Below, in pieces: positions 11,380 to 22,801 of a stretch of 64,000 nucleotides of DNA. This stretch comes from Rhodosorus marinus CCMP1338 (Eukaryota; Plantae; Rhodophyta), in the NCBI GenBank assembly GCA_029953675.1, contig JAMWBK010000005.1, forward strand, positions 2,852,001 to 2,916,000, given 5' to 3'. Positions within the stretch are counted from its first letter, which is position 1, and every line of letters starts with the position of its first letter. Position numbers and translations under genes: made by a program. The notes under the pieces were generated by a model, which made no database searches, was not told the DNA's origin, and saw only the letters and a list, made by a program, of their open reading frames with translations.

Positions 11380-12330
11380 GTCGCCAGAGATGATGACGGG
11401 AGAGCTTCTACGGATAGAAGATGATGGTTCCTCAATTTTTTTGTCCTACCGACACACTAGGAAATGTGCCTGGCGGCTGGGGAGTCCTATACCGTTGAAT
11501 TCCAAACTCGTTGGTGGTGCGTTGGGTCTCACGGCGGTCACCATTCGGTTAGCTTCGATACCGTCGAATCCGCAGGTAGTCCCTCAATCCCTCTGCTCTC
11601 TAGAATAGCAATATACAATGTCGACCTACCATGCTAGAGGACTGTTGGCGAGGCCTCTTTAGTCAATCATATGTTACCTTCCTGGAAGTGTCCGCTACCT
11701 TCTATTCTGCTTAGCGACAAATCTCGTTCGGTAGTTTGGCCATCTCGCTCGCTCCTCCGAAAGCCTTAGTGTTGCAGAGCCCACCTTTCTCAAATGGACC
11801 TTGCGTGAGCCAATAGCTCAACTTGAGAAGGCGCTGTTTTAGAAGCTATCAGGACCATGTAACCTAAAGCCTCCTAGCACGATTCACATCGTCAAAGACT
11901 AGCATGAAACATGGGCATATGCGTGCCGAACCTACGTGCTCCTTGACGGTAAATCGGTCCACGGATGACGCCGATACACAAGACCCGCTTTCGGTGGTCT
12001 CATGATGATCCCTAAGATGTGAAAAACGCTTCAGGATGTGTAGATATGCCCTGTCATTCTTTGACCTCTGAAAATGGCTAGGATGTCCGAAATGCGCAAC
12101 TCCATGGGGAATACTCCCTGTTGGGAGCAGCCTGACGCCCGTGGGAACATCGATTCTTGGACAGACCTCCAATGACCCGACGATGACGAGAAGCGAAGAC
12201 AAGAGTACAGAGGGGCCTTGATGGCTTCTGCGTTGATCGAGATATCTACCAGTAGCGTCTTCGATAGAGTGTGGCCATCACGTTTCCCTGTCGTGGCTCT
12301 TGCTCTCGAGCATGATCTCCCCTACTGATA
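11380..12330 (-). mobile_element. Degenerate hAT-family transposase relic
   Basis: Motif-like remnants in hAT order across shifting frames: FSSSSGHW (S.T.D.W), SIPHGVAHF (SYLGVTAHF), MTGHI..LGI (HTG..I...WGI), TTESGS (TTDNGSN), YAHV.MLVFDD (CxAHxLNLxV), PT-WNST (TRWNST). Many stops and frameshifts. Confidence 0.55.
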
Positions 12331-12602
12331 ACGGGAACCTCGTTGCGCTTCCGTATAGAGAAGAACATTCCTAAGATCGATGCCTACATCGCTTCGGACA
12401 GTGGTCTGGAGTCCACTTGCCTTTCCAGCCTCGGTGTGGTTCATCAGTGCATTTATAACAAAATAGAAGAAACCCTCCTTGGTCATACTATTAAACTACT
12501 ATATTACAAACTCGAGTCGGAAAATAATTGTTACACTCTCACAACGAAAACCCCTTTGCAGACATCGACACACAGACAGGCAGCGATCCCGTTTTACCCA
12601 TC

Positions 12603-13917
12603 TCAAACCAAATCGATCTCCCGCCTTGTGTACCAAACCCAGTCGGCGAAGTCTCGGCGAGGAGGAGCTGTGATCTTCGGGTTATGGTTCTCCCATTGCA
12701 CGCCCTGGGGTAGTATTGTGAAACAGGATTCTCCAATCCTTCGGGAAATCCTGTCCGGAATACCATCCCGGCCAGCAACATGAGCTGCACCAGCAAGTAC
12801 CACAATCCTCGAACTAGAATTTTCTGGTCGAGTCAGATATTTGCTCGCGCTCTCAGCCATGTACTCATCCCAGAGGGTTGCAGCCTGGTAGTATCTCTCA
12901 AATGCCGGGGAGTTCACATTGAAACCATGATTTCCTACCCCGCCATTCTCCTCGGATAGCCCAAGGTTCAGCTTGAACCTTTCAAGGTGTCTCTCGTTGC
13001 GAAGGTCCATCTCTGGAAGTCTGGCCTGCACTTCAGCTGGCAGCTGGTCGATGCCGTACTGACTCACAGCATGCACAACCGGATACGGGCAATTAAGGCC
13101 AAGAATAGGGACAGTATTCTCTCGACAATACTGGAGTATCGGAGCCCACATGTTAAACTCGTATCCAAAGGTACTGGAGAATTCAGGAGACGGGAATGCT
13201 CAAGATCAGTCGAAAGCCCTTCGGAACGGGCGAATGAATCCGACGAGCTATTGGACAGGGCTGACACCGCTAAAATTCATACCTGTCCCACTGTGTAAGC
13301 TCGTGCAGCTTGGTCAGGTTGATTTTACGGTTTATGTAGGCGTTCAGGTACGGCTGATGTTGGCGATAGAAATGCTCCATTCCTATGACTAGCGGGCGCT
13401 CTGGTTCAAGCTGATGCAGAGACTCAATAACCTCAAGCTCAGCACGGTGGTGCAAGGGATTTGTATGTGTTTCACCAACTATGACAGCCCTGGGAAGATT
13501 TCTTAGCCTTCGCTCGAACAACTGCAGAGGTCTTGGGGGCAGATAGGAGCCTGGAAACAAGAAACACTATTGTCAGAAGCACGCTAGAAAGGAACCGGCT
13601 AAAAGGAGCAGGTCTGCGGGTTCACGAAAGCCCAAATTATCCTCACCAATCTTAGTATCAAAAATCGACTCTTCCTCTCCATACTTCCTGGGACCGACAA
13701 AACTGGACCACAGCGCATCACTCTTCTGCGCCGGAAGAGCCAACCCTGCCCCCAACCCAAGCAAAGCCCCAGACGACGAACGCAGAAAATCTCTTCTCGT
13801 AGTATCTCCCGTCATTAAAACCCCTCCTCCTTGCCTCCTCCGGCTACTCCTCCTCCCCCCGGCCCTCACCCTGCCCGGCAACCGCCCAGACGAAACCACG
13901 AACCCAGGCACCTCCAT
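12603..13917 (-). CDS. ChaN/Tiki-superfamily (haem-binding uptake-like) protein with transit peptide and twin-arginine signal; likely thylakoid lumen; 3 exons
   Basis: N-terminal TTRRDFL followed by a hydrophobic stretch and A-x-A-like site. ChaN motifs VIVGETHTNPLHHRAELEVI, LVIGMEHF, ILGLNCP, LWDEYMA and VVLAGAAHV. Confidence 0.88.
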
Positions 13918-16134
13918 CACCACAAGACCACACAACAAAAGAAAAAAAAAACCCCCACCAAACCAGAAACCTCAATCTCCCCCCCGAAACTGCCTTCACG
14001 AACCCCCGCCTTCCTCTGCACTTATACCGCAGCAAAAGCTTCATCCAAAACCACCCTCCCGCCCCTCGCAATACACGCTATACCTCAAATCTTACCTCTT
14101 CCTACCCATTCCCACACGAACGCATCATCCCCAAAACCCCAAAAGACACATCCAAATCAAAACCACGAAAACAAAAAAAAATCCCCCACCCTCTTCCAAT
14201 CCCCATACCCCCCTCCCCTCATTTATCTTTACAAAAATCCAATTGTAATTCAACAAGAACTCCTTTCCAGTGTTTAAAATTTAATGAAATAGAATAAATG
14301 AATTCAACTACTATATATTAACCCCTTTATAGTTTCCGAAGATTGGGACTCATTAAATTTTCGTTTTTGGATATATCCCCGCCCTCCCTTCCTTTCTCCT
14401 TAGCATAATTCCAGCCGATTGGCGCACGAAAGACAGGGATCTTTGAAGATTTTTTTGTTGAAAGTATCCGAACTCTTTGAGCGAATGGAAAAGGAGAATG
14501 GGTGAATGACAGCAAAATTTTTAATATTATAGATAATTATGATTGGTGTTATAATATAGTATTTGGTAATAATAGAGATGGTTTCGTATTATAGCCAATG
14601 GAGGAAGAGAATGGAATGCTCGTTGGATCAAAATATCTCAAGAAATTCATGTTGATAAGTTGTTTTTTGGGCGACGGTGTTTTTTTTGTCCTTTTTTTGG
14701 TCGTGTTTGGGGAAAAGTGTGTGTTTCGACTCCTACAGTACGTCTGACAATGTGATATCCGATGGATACGTCTTATCAAAGTTAGGTGTCAGGGTTTGTC
14801 TGAATCCTGGGTTTCGATAGTTTTGCCGTGTCAACCAGCCGTACGATGGTGGAGGTCTCGTATCCAGGGGTTTTTGGGTGTTCTGGCGGTCACAGATTCT
14901 ACTTATTGATGTGCACGCTTTGTTTCTCTGTGGAATTCTCGTTAAGCAAAAGGAGACTATGAAGAGGTGCCTGGTGAGTTTCTGATCCGGCTCGAGCCAG
15001 GGAGCATCGACGATTTTCTCGTCATTGATTTCGTCGAGGAGCTCGGTGATGTTATTATTAGCAGTTTAAGCACTGGCACTTGTCAAGGACTTGAGCCCTG
15101 GCTGGCTTTCCTGAACTCAGTCCGAGACTGTTTTTTTGTTTTCCTCCCCCCACTGAATCCGTTTGTTCATTCGTTGGAGTGAGCGGAATGTGTTCAAGGT
15201 TGGGTTATCCGTATTTCCGGAGCGGAGGGAGAAAGCGAAGGATACGAAACACAATGAAGTCCCTCCTAGAATAATAGACGCCCAGATCTAAAAATGATCC
15301 AGCTACCCTGTTCTGTAATGCGAACCCATTCCTGTTCGTACTGGTCACTCAACGAATCGAAAAAACAGCTCGAGGAACGCTCAAACCGGCTGAATGGATT
15401 CTAGTGCAGCAAATGAAGCTGCTCGCGGCGTAAAAACGTCAGGACTCAAGCAAACAGCCTCTACGCAAAAGAAACGATACGCAAATGAAACGATATGCAA
15501 ATGAAACGATATGCTTTGACAATCCACAAGACCAATCGAACAGCAGGGGCTTCCTTCAACCGGTTTCCAAGCGAATCTCAGCTTCGAAAATTCCACACTA
15601 TAACTCGGCGAGCGACCCTCTTGTCTCCGATAATAGCCAGTCAGAAGTCGCTCGATCTAGAAAACTTCGAAACTGCATTGGAAATCCATTGTCCGTTAGG
15701 ATTGGCTCCCAGGGCTTGCTGAATCCCATCCCTGCTTTGCTAAAAGCTGAAAGGTTCCAGACTAGGATGTTCGGGGTGGTTGTGTCCAGTAAAACACAGG
15801 GTGATGCGGCGGTTGCTTCGATTCTGAAATTCATCCGATGGAGTATTCAGCATCAGGGAGCACAGTATGGCCCCATTGAAGGGTCTGAACCGAAAACTCT
15901 AACGAGCTGGACTCGAATTTCTACGTCAATCTCCTGCTCGTACTCCAAGAGCGTTAGATATTCCCGACAAATTAATATTTTATGAAATATGAGGTCAGCG
16001 ACTCAGAAACCGGAAAGTCCGGTGGAACTAGTCAACAAGTGTTGCCCGCGAAAAAGAATTGGACAGTAGCAACACTTAGAATCCCACCGCAAAAGGTTGC
16101 CAACCTGTTCAAACGTACGCAATAAACGTCAGCT

Positions 16135-17346
16135 CTAGGCTGGCAGCTCGGAATCCAATTCGTTCCCTGCAGTTTTAGCCTGTTCGTCTTCGCTGGCAAC
16201 GAGATGAACCCCAGCCGTTGTTGTCATAATCGCGAAGACAAGCCCTATGGGGTTTGCCTTATCGCTGTCGAATTCTTTAAAAACCACCTGGGCTCCGAGT
16301 ATTGTGAAGAGTGTGAACAGAACGTAGTGTCGTGGAACAACCTGAAGAACCGGAGATGAGACGCGGTTAATACAATAAGGCAGATTCGATGCTTTTTTGC
16401 TTCGCAGTACGTACCTCTGTATTCCCAAACTCGGCCATAGCTTTGTTGATGAATACGATCTGGAGCGGTAGCGTCACCGCCAAAACGATGACGACCACGA
16501 CAAAGTAGGAAAGGTGCGCAGTGGACCATTCGCGAACAGAATCTCTCAAGAAAATTGATCCAGTTTTTGCTGCGATGACGCTGAGCCCTTCTGAACATGA
16601 GCACGTCGCCAAATACAGCATCGATGATTTCTTTCCAAGGTCTGAAACCTGGTCTAGGAGAATGCCCAAACCAATCAGCACAAGCTGACCTATGAGGTAC
16701 CGAAAAACACCCCTCTTAAAGAATCTCGTGTGCAGTTCAACCGCTGTCATAACCACTCCGTCTCCGAGGTGCTGCATGGGAAACACAGCGAAAACCATCA
16801 TCGTTCCACAAATACATAGAGCCAAACCAATCATTTTCATCCGAGTTGGACGTTCCCCGAGGATTCTGAGACAACAACAAAAGCACGAGTATCAAAAAAA
16901 TCAGAATGGGACTCATCTACGGGACAGCGTGGGATATAAAAACTTACTTGATTGCAAGCAATCCTGCTATAGCGACGCTCCAGCCACCAAGCGGCGTGAG
17001 AAGAGAGGCAGGGGCGAACGCGAACGCGACAAAATTCAACAGTTCACCAATTCCCAAACTCGCGCTTCCAATCCTGTCAAACACGAATACCAAAAAGAAA
17101 TCATCCCATTATTAGCACCAGAAACCAAGCCACAGCCACCACAACACACCAGTCAGGTCGGTGTTCCACGTACCACCACAAAGGAGTCACGAAAACGGAG
17201 CTCTTCTTCTTCGGCTTGACCATGTGAGACTTCTTCTGAAGCGTCATTCCCACGCTCACCATGACGCCCCCAGACAAGGCAATAAGCACGCCCAGTATCA
17301 GTGTAGCATGTCCAGCCATTCTGTCAATAATGTTAAGCCCACCCAT
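16135..17346 (-). CDS. NIPA: NIPA-family Mg2+ transporter (DMT superfamily), multi-exon
   Basis: VSVGMTLQKKSH N-terminus, LQ..FINKAM.EFG, and a C-terminal VFKEFD...GLVFAIMTTTAGVHLV segment with multiple TM helices; frames are joined by short introns. Confidence 0.88.
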
Positions 17347-17756
17347 CTTTCAAAACCTATCCTTTCCCCCCTCGTGGCCCGCCACCTCCCCAACGCTCAC
17401 GTCTCGCACACCACACCCCACTCCACCCTCATAAACACGTAGCCAAAACTCAAAACCAGCTTACAAGGTCATTCATACCATTCTTGAACACCTCAAGCAG
17501 GGCCTGAATTTATTCTTCTCGTCCTACCTCCACCCAAAGCCTTGCTTTCATCACCGAGCGCATGCACTACTAGCATTCGCGTACTGCGACATCACTCAAA
17601 ACGACAACACCCCCCCCCCCCGTTGCTCAAAAAAAATTCAGTTTGCTGACATAAACGAAAAAATAATTAAAGCGTCACCTTCGAATTTATCAATTGGGGA
17701 CTAGACAAACTGTTACGATCAGAATTTAGAAAACAAAATAAATTATCAATCATCTA

Positions 17757-17780
17757 TATTGACTGAATAATACTGACGCT
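17757..17780 (+). promoter_or_regulatory. Recurrent element TTGACTGAATA...TGACGC in AT-rich intergenic islands (also ~49017-49041; partial at 765-786)
   Basis: 17757 TATTGACTGAATAATACTGACGC versus 49016 TATTTGACTGAATATTATAGTGACGC; TATTGACTGAATA also occurs at 765. A regulatory role is inferred only from position. Confidence 0.35.
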
Positions 17781-18918
17781 TAAACACTTTGTCATGAACT
17801 CAATGTTATGGACGGGCACTAGGCGGGCAAACAATCAAAGTGTCACACGGGGATTCGACCAAAAAAAGCAACGACAGCTGTCTTTACCAAAATATATATA
17901 GTAAATTCATATATCAATCAAAAATAATGACTGATTAGTAGTGACCCTTAACAATAGTATTTGTCTTCAACCGACCCGATTGATACACTCACCCATGAGG
18001 TGATCGGTATACTTTCTATTGAAAAACGGCTCAAAAAGCGGTTTTTCAACGGGATCTTTCGTGGTGGGAGGAGGGAAGCCTCGGTGACCGCATTTCCTAC
18101 TGTATAAAAATACTCTATACGTGTATTGATATATGAATAGAAAAATAATAATACGGAATATTTAGATGGATATTATGGTTATTACTTCAAAAAAGGGGTA
18201 AGGATGTATAGAACGTAGACATAGTAGTAGGGGGTTGGATTCTTCTTTTTTTTGTTGCAAACAGTGTGCTCGTTGGGTGGGTGGGGGCTCCGTTACTTTT
18301 TGATATTTTTTGAATTTGAGATATTTTCTTGAGAATCTTCTCGTTTTTCTGAAATGTTTTTTTTGAAGTCTAAAGAGGGCGCTGTTTCATCAGTCCGCAA
18401 GTTGGAGAGCTAGCGCTACATGTTGTTCGTCGTGATTTTCCCTCTATCTGGTAGCGGGAAGAAGTGACAGGGGGGAAGAAGGATGGAAGGGGGTTATGAA
18501 CTCCCGATATTTCCATATTTGCCTTTCCACAAGTAATTGAAAGAATTTATGTCGATATTGGTGCGATTATTGAAGGGGTTAGATTTAATGTGATGATTAT
18601 ACCTCCGCCCATCGGAAAAGGGGGAGGGGAGGGGAAAGGAGGAATTGAGCAAAATCACCTGGCTGTGCGACTATTTTTTATTTTTTATTGGTGAAAAAGT
18701 CAAGCGGTTATAAGGAGCTGCTCCGTTTGTTTGGTCGTGGATTGTTTTGGGCGTCTATGACGTAGGGTCTAGCCTGACACTGGAGCAGAAAAGCTGAGGC
18801 TAGGTTGACGTGACGGGAAGACCGATCTGGATTGTTGTTGTTTTTTTTGCATTTTGGTTTGTTTTTTTTTTTCGGCTGACGCTAGTGTAGTGTAGGAAGA
18901 CCGAATCTGGCAAACTAC

Positions 18919-20712
18919 TCACTCATCATCCTCCAAGCCGTGGACCTGGAAAGGCCAGAAACGAAGGAGGTTTTAGAACAGGCTTGAGAGGGGAAAAAAC
19001 GGGAGGGAACTGGGTTGTATTTGCATCCATTGCGTACATGTGGGTAAGAGGTTCCGATGTACCTTCCGGCAAAAGTGTAACAGACGACATCGATGTTGTA
19101 CCTATTCGCGAGCTTCACAGGGTTGCGCTCTTCACCGCACACGAAGAACAATGTGTAAAGCGCCATCTCGAATTCAGGGCTGGTGCCGAAGAACGAGGAA
19201 CCAACAGTCTTTGTAGCTCCTGCAGTCGTAGTGCCGAAGTTTACAGAGAACCAGCGGGTAGGTTTAAGAAAACAGACGAATCATATGCACAGAGTATAAC
19301 GGAATCGCTTATGGAGAGGACTCACCCTTCCAATCAAAACTGATCGACATCAGGTACTCTGATCCTGGCTCTTCATCACCGTCCACTCCCCTGCGCGCAG
19401 ATTGTCGATCCGCTTTTAGCTGACCGCATTTCCACAACTTTGTGAGCTTTGGCGAAATGTCGCACCTTGATGTTATGTAGCCGAGATAGTTGAGCTCACT
19501 CTTTCTTTCCTGAATAAGCAACTGGATCCAGTTGTGCATGCCACCAACCTTTCCATCGCGCGTCTGCAGGATTGAGAATGGATCCTATTAGCTCGATCCC
19601 ATAAAGGATTTGGAGGTCTCGGTGAGATCAGAAGTACATACATCTCCGGCAAAAACGTGCTCGAACCCAGAAGAGTCGAAGCGGGCCTCCTTGGAGTAGA
19701 AGTAGAACCAGAGCCTGTAGAGGAATCCCTTGAAACCGTATTCATCCTGAGCATCGTCTGGAAGCTTCCCGCTTGCGTTAAGGTACCTTGTCGATCGCAG
19801 TTTTCAGCAGTTTAAAGTTAGTGAAAGCTGCTGAGCCAAAAACAGTGCGCTGGATAATTCCTCCGTGTTTCTGAGCATATCCATGTCGCTGTATGATGAA
19901 GGACAACCTACTTCATCACGTATTGCATCACTGGAGTCTGAACGGCTACTTCCAGAAAAGCGAAGATCTCCTGCTTCTCCTCATCAGTAACCTGTACGAG
20001 AGCGGAGTCGCTTTTAGAACCTTTCCGGGTAAGGTCTGAGAACAGTAAGACGCCATCGCACCTCTTCGGAGACACCAGCCTCCGCTGTGTAATTGTCCAG
20101 GAGTTTGTAGAAAGCCGTAAACGTTGATTTGGACATGGCGTGTCCATCCACATATTCGAACAAAGCCTCATGGGCATTATCATCACCGTAGCGGGTATCC
20201 TCTTGGAAGTTCAAAACCAGCTCGGCACCAGCAACGAGTCTGTTACAGATCAGATCGGCGATTGAGAAGGAATTTTTTGATATATCTAACATGACATATG
20301 AATAGAGAATGACTTCCAACCGTTCATACCTGTTGGTATCCAGTAGCCAAAGCTTATTAGCGGCGGCTTCTAGATCTCCGAGCTCGTCGGATGTGGGATC
20401 TACCATCCCCCGCGCAAGTTCCAGTTCCTTCGCTTGCAAGGAAGCGACGATAGCCTTCAGTGCCGCAAGCGAGTCCTCGCCTTGGTTCTCATCGAAGATC
20501 TCCTGCACCACCGATCCTTTCGAATAGAATCAACGTGAGGATTTACTGAGAATCCACTGCGCGTGCAGCCGATAGGAATGGGAGAATCCAGACTCACCAG
20601 ATCCCTGAAGGTGAGTCCCAATCGCCGCGAGATCAACAATAACCTCAGCGTTTCTGACAGCTGGAATGAGCTGCTGAACGCAGTACTTCCTCGCACTCGT
20701 AACCTCTTCCAT
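18919..20712 (-). CDS. ENDOU: EndoU / XendoU poly(U)-specific endoribonuclease, multi-exon; the start may lie in an upstream exon (~20780-20840)
   Basis: AANKLWLLDTNRL, FYKLLDNY, DSSGFEHVFAGD, GMHNWIQL and SPEFEMALYTL...IGTSYP are diagnostic EndoU motifs. Exons join in frame through GT-AG introns. Confidence 0.9.
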
Positions 20713-20899
20713 ATTTTCTCCTTCAGTCTTTCGTGCAACTGCCTACGAAAGATGGATCTAATCCCAAAAGCCTCACCCCGCCCGCTCCTTGAGTAGCTTC
20801 CTTTTTATCGAGCTCGCACTTATCGATTTCAGCACCTCGATTCTACACTGAAGAGCTTAAAATTGTAAATTACAATATTTTTCCCTCGATTTTGAATTG

Positions 20900-21720
20900 G
20901 AAGAAATCTTGACCGAGGACGAGCAGAAGACTTTGGATAATAGTCCAAAGCTGACCTCGATCGAAATGACGCGAGTATGTGGCTCAGCGTAGAAAGATCT
21001 CAAGCTCCTCGAGTTTGGTTTTGTCCTTTACCAGCTTTAGATCAAATTTATGTACATCGCTTATGCCGGAACAGGTTATGTGCTCACTAGCACGAAACAG
21101 CTTACTTCTTCGCTTTATGCCTATGGGGGAGATCTCGAGTGACCTCTGTGGCTCTCTGGCCCACACCGTTGATACTGTCAATCTGGATACGGTGGCAGAA
21201 TGATGTTCACGGAGAGTTCTTTCCCGTCCTGAGCCGCAATAGGTGATGATGACCTACGTGAACAGCAGCTTCCGACTTGACCCCACACAAGATGCCCTTA
21301 CGAAATCGGAGTGTATTAACCGTGTCGATCACGAGTTCGCGTCTTTTGGGTCCGTAGCAGGTGTGGTATAATGTTCCCGAGCAGCATCTGCTGATGTTTG
21401 GGGCAAGGAACTCTGGGTCTCTCACGGAGGTGACTATAGTGGACAATGCTCACCACTACTATTACTGTACTGCCCTGTGGTATCCTCAACGACCAATCGA
21501 AGAGTCTGTATCAGAGAACGGCGATGCGGGCAAGGTTGCGCCGCGCGTAGCCAAGACCGTCCTGCGTCGGAATCCGTGCAAAGAAAGGAATCGATAGGCG
21601 CGTCTTGCTAGCCGCTCAGGTTTATCGTGAGGACTAAACAAATAACGGTGCATACTACAAAGGATAATCATCGCTGTTGGTCGAGCCGCATCCACGAAAG
21701 AGCCTAGCGATAGCCAAAGT
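20900..21720 (+). mobile_element. Possible second hAT transposase relic
   Basis: Weak, frameshifted resemblance: SADVW (T.D.W) at ~21385, IV.T.NNGA (TDNGA) at ~21630, HRCW (H.RC.AH) at ~21670. Confidence 0.3.
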
Positions 21721-22801
21721 CTGATGAAGACATTCTAACAGTCACCCCGCCAAGAAGTTACTTATTTTTTATATGAACAAACGCGTCCAGGTTTAGAACA
21801 CACACATTTTAGGTATTTTTCAGTTCATAATATTCGCCCAAGCAGTCAATTTTCGAGTAATTGGGTCGAAATAAAGCATTATTAAGCCCAATCCACCGAA
21901 TCGGTCCCAAAAGAGATATTTTTGTGGACCATCCAATGGCTTCTGGCCCCACTCAGGGCATAATTTGGATAACATTTCCTTCTTTTTGTCCCTGTGTTCC
22001 TTTTTCACGAAGTATTTCAGAAACGTGATATTTGTAACGAATTAAGAATCGATAAACATGCTATTGATTGTACACCAAATAAATAATGTAATACTTTATA
22101 AATGATATATATAATTAATAAATAATCAATTATTCCAATTTAGTTTTATTTTATTCGTTTTCTGTGCTTGTAATATGTAAAATATTTAGAATCACTATTT
22201 TTGTTTTAATAAATTGAAATATATTGTTTCTAGATATAGCCTATACTTGGGTAATAAGTTGGTTGTGTCCGTTGTGCACGGAAATAATGGCTGTTTACCC
22301 GCGCGTGAACATTTTGAGAGGACGGGGAATGAGCTTGGAGCTGCTGAATTGAAAAATTGAAAGGAGGAGGTGAGAAATGTAGTTTTGTTTACGGTTCTTT
22401 CTTTAAATGGTCAGAAACGAAGAAACCTGAAGAGGAAGCGTACTTTTTTCTACACCGCAAAAGATCTTTCTTACAGGGTATTGTTGGGTTGAGTTTTTTT
22501 TTTGGGGGACAAGGTGAAGCGAGTTTTCGTGTAGCCCTTTTTTTTTTCTCGCGTATTGCTCGGAACGAGTCTTGGAAAAGGTACGCCGATCGAAGGGTAA
22601 CTCGCGTTATCTGCATCGCCAAATGTGGAGGGCGGGTGCCTCCACATTGGCTATAAACGAATCGAGCATGATCGGGGGCTCGTTCTGGATCGCTTGCTGC
22701 GTTCTTGCGCGCTTTCTGGTGTTATGCACTCATCCAGATTACTCTCCTTCTGAATGATTAGGTTCTAGTCCAGCCTTTTTTTGTTTTTGCTGAACTCCAG
22801 G

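Noticed and set aside
18019-18050. Hairpin TTGAAAAAC-GGCTCAAAAAGCG-GTTTTTCAA
   Set aside because: It is a single short A/T-run stem in an AT-rich island, likely by chance; there is no ncRNA context.
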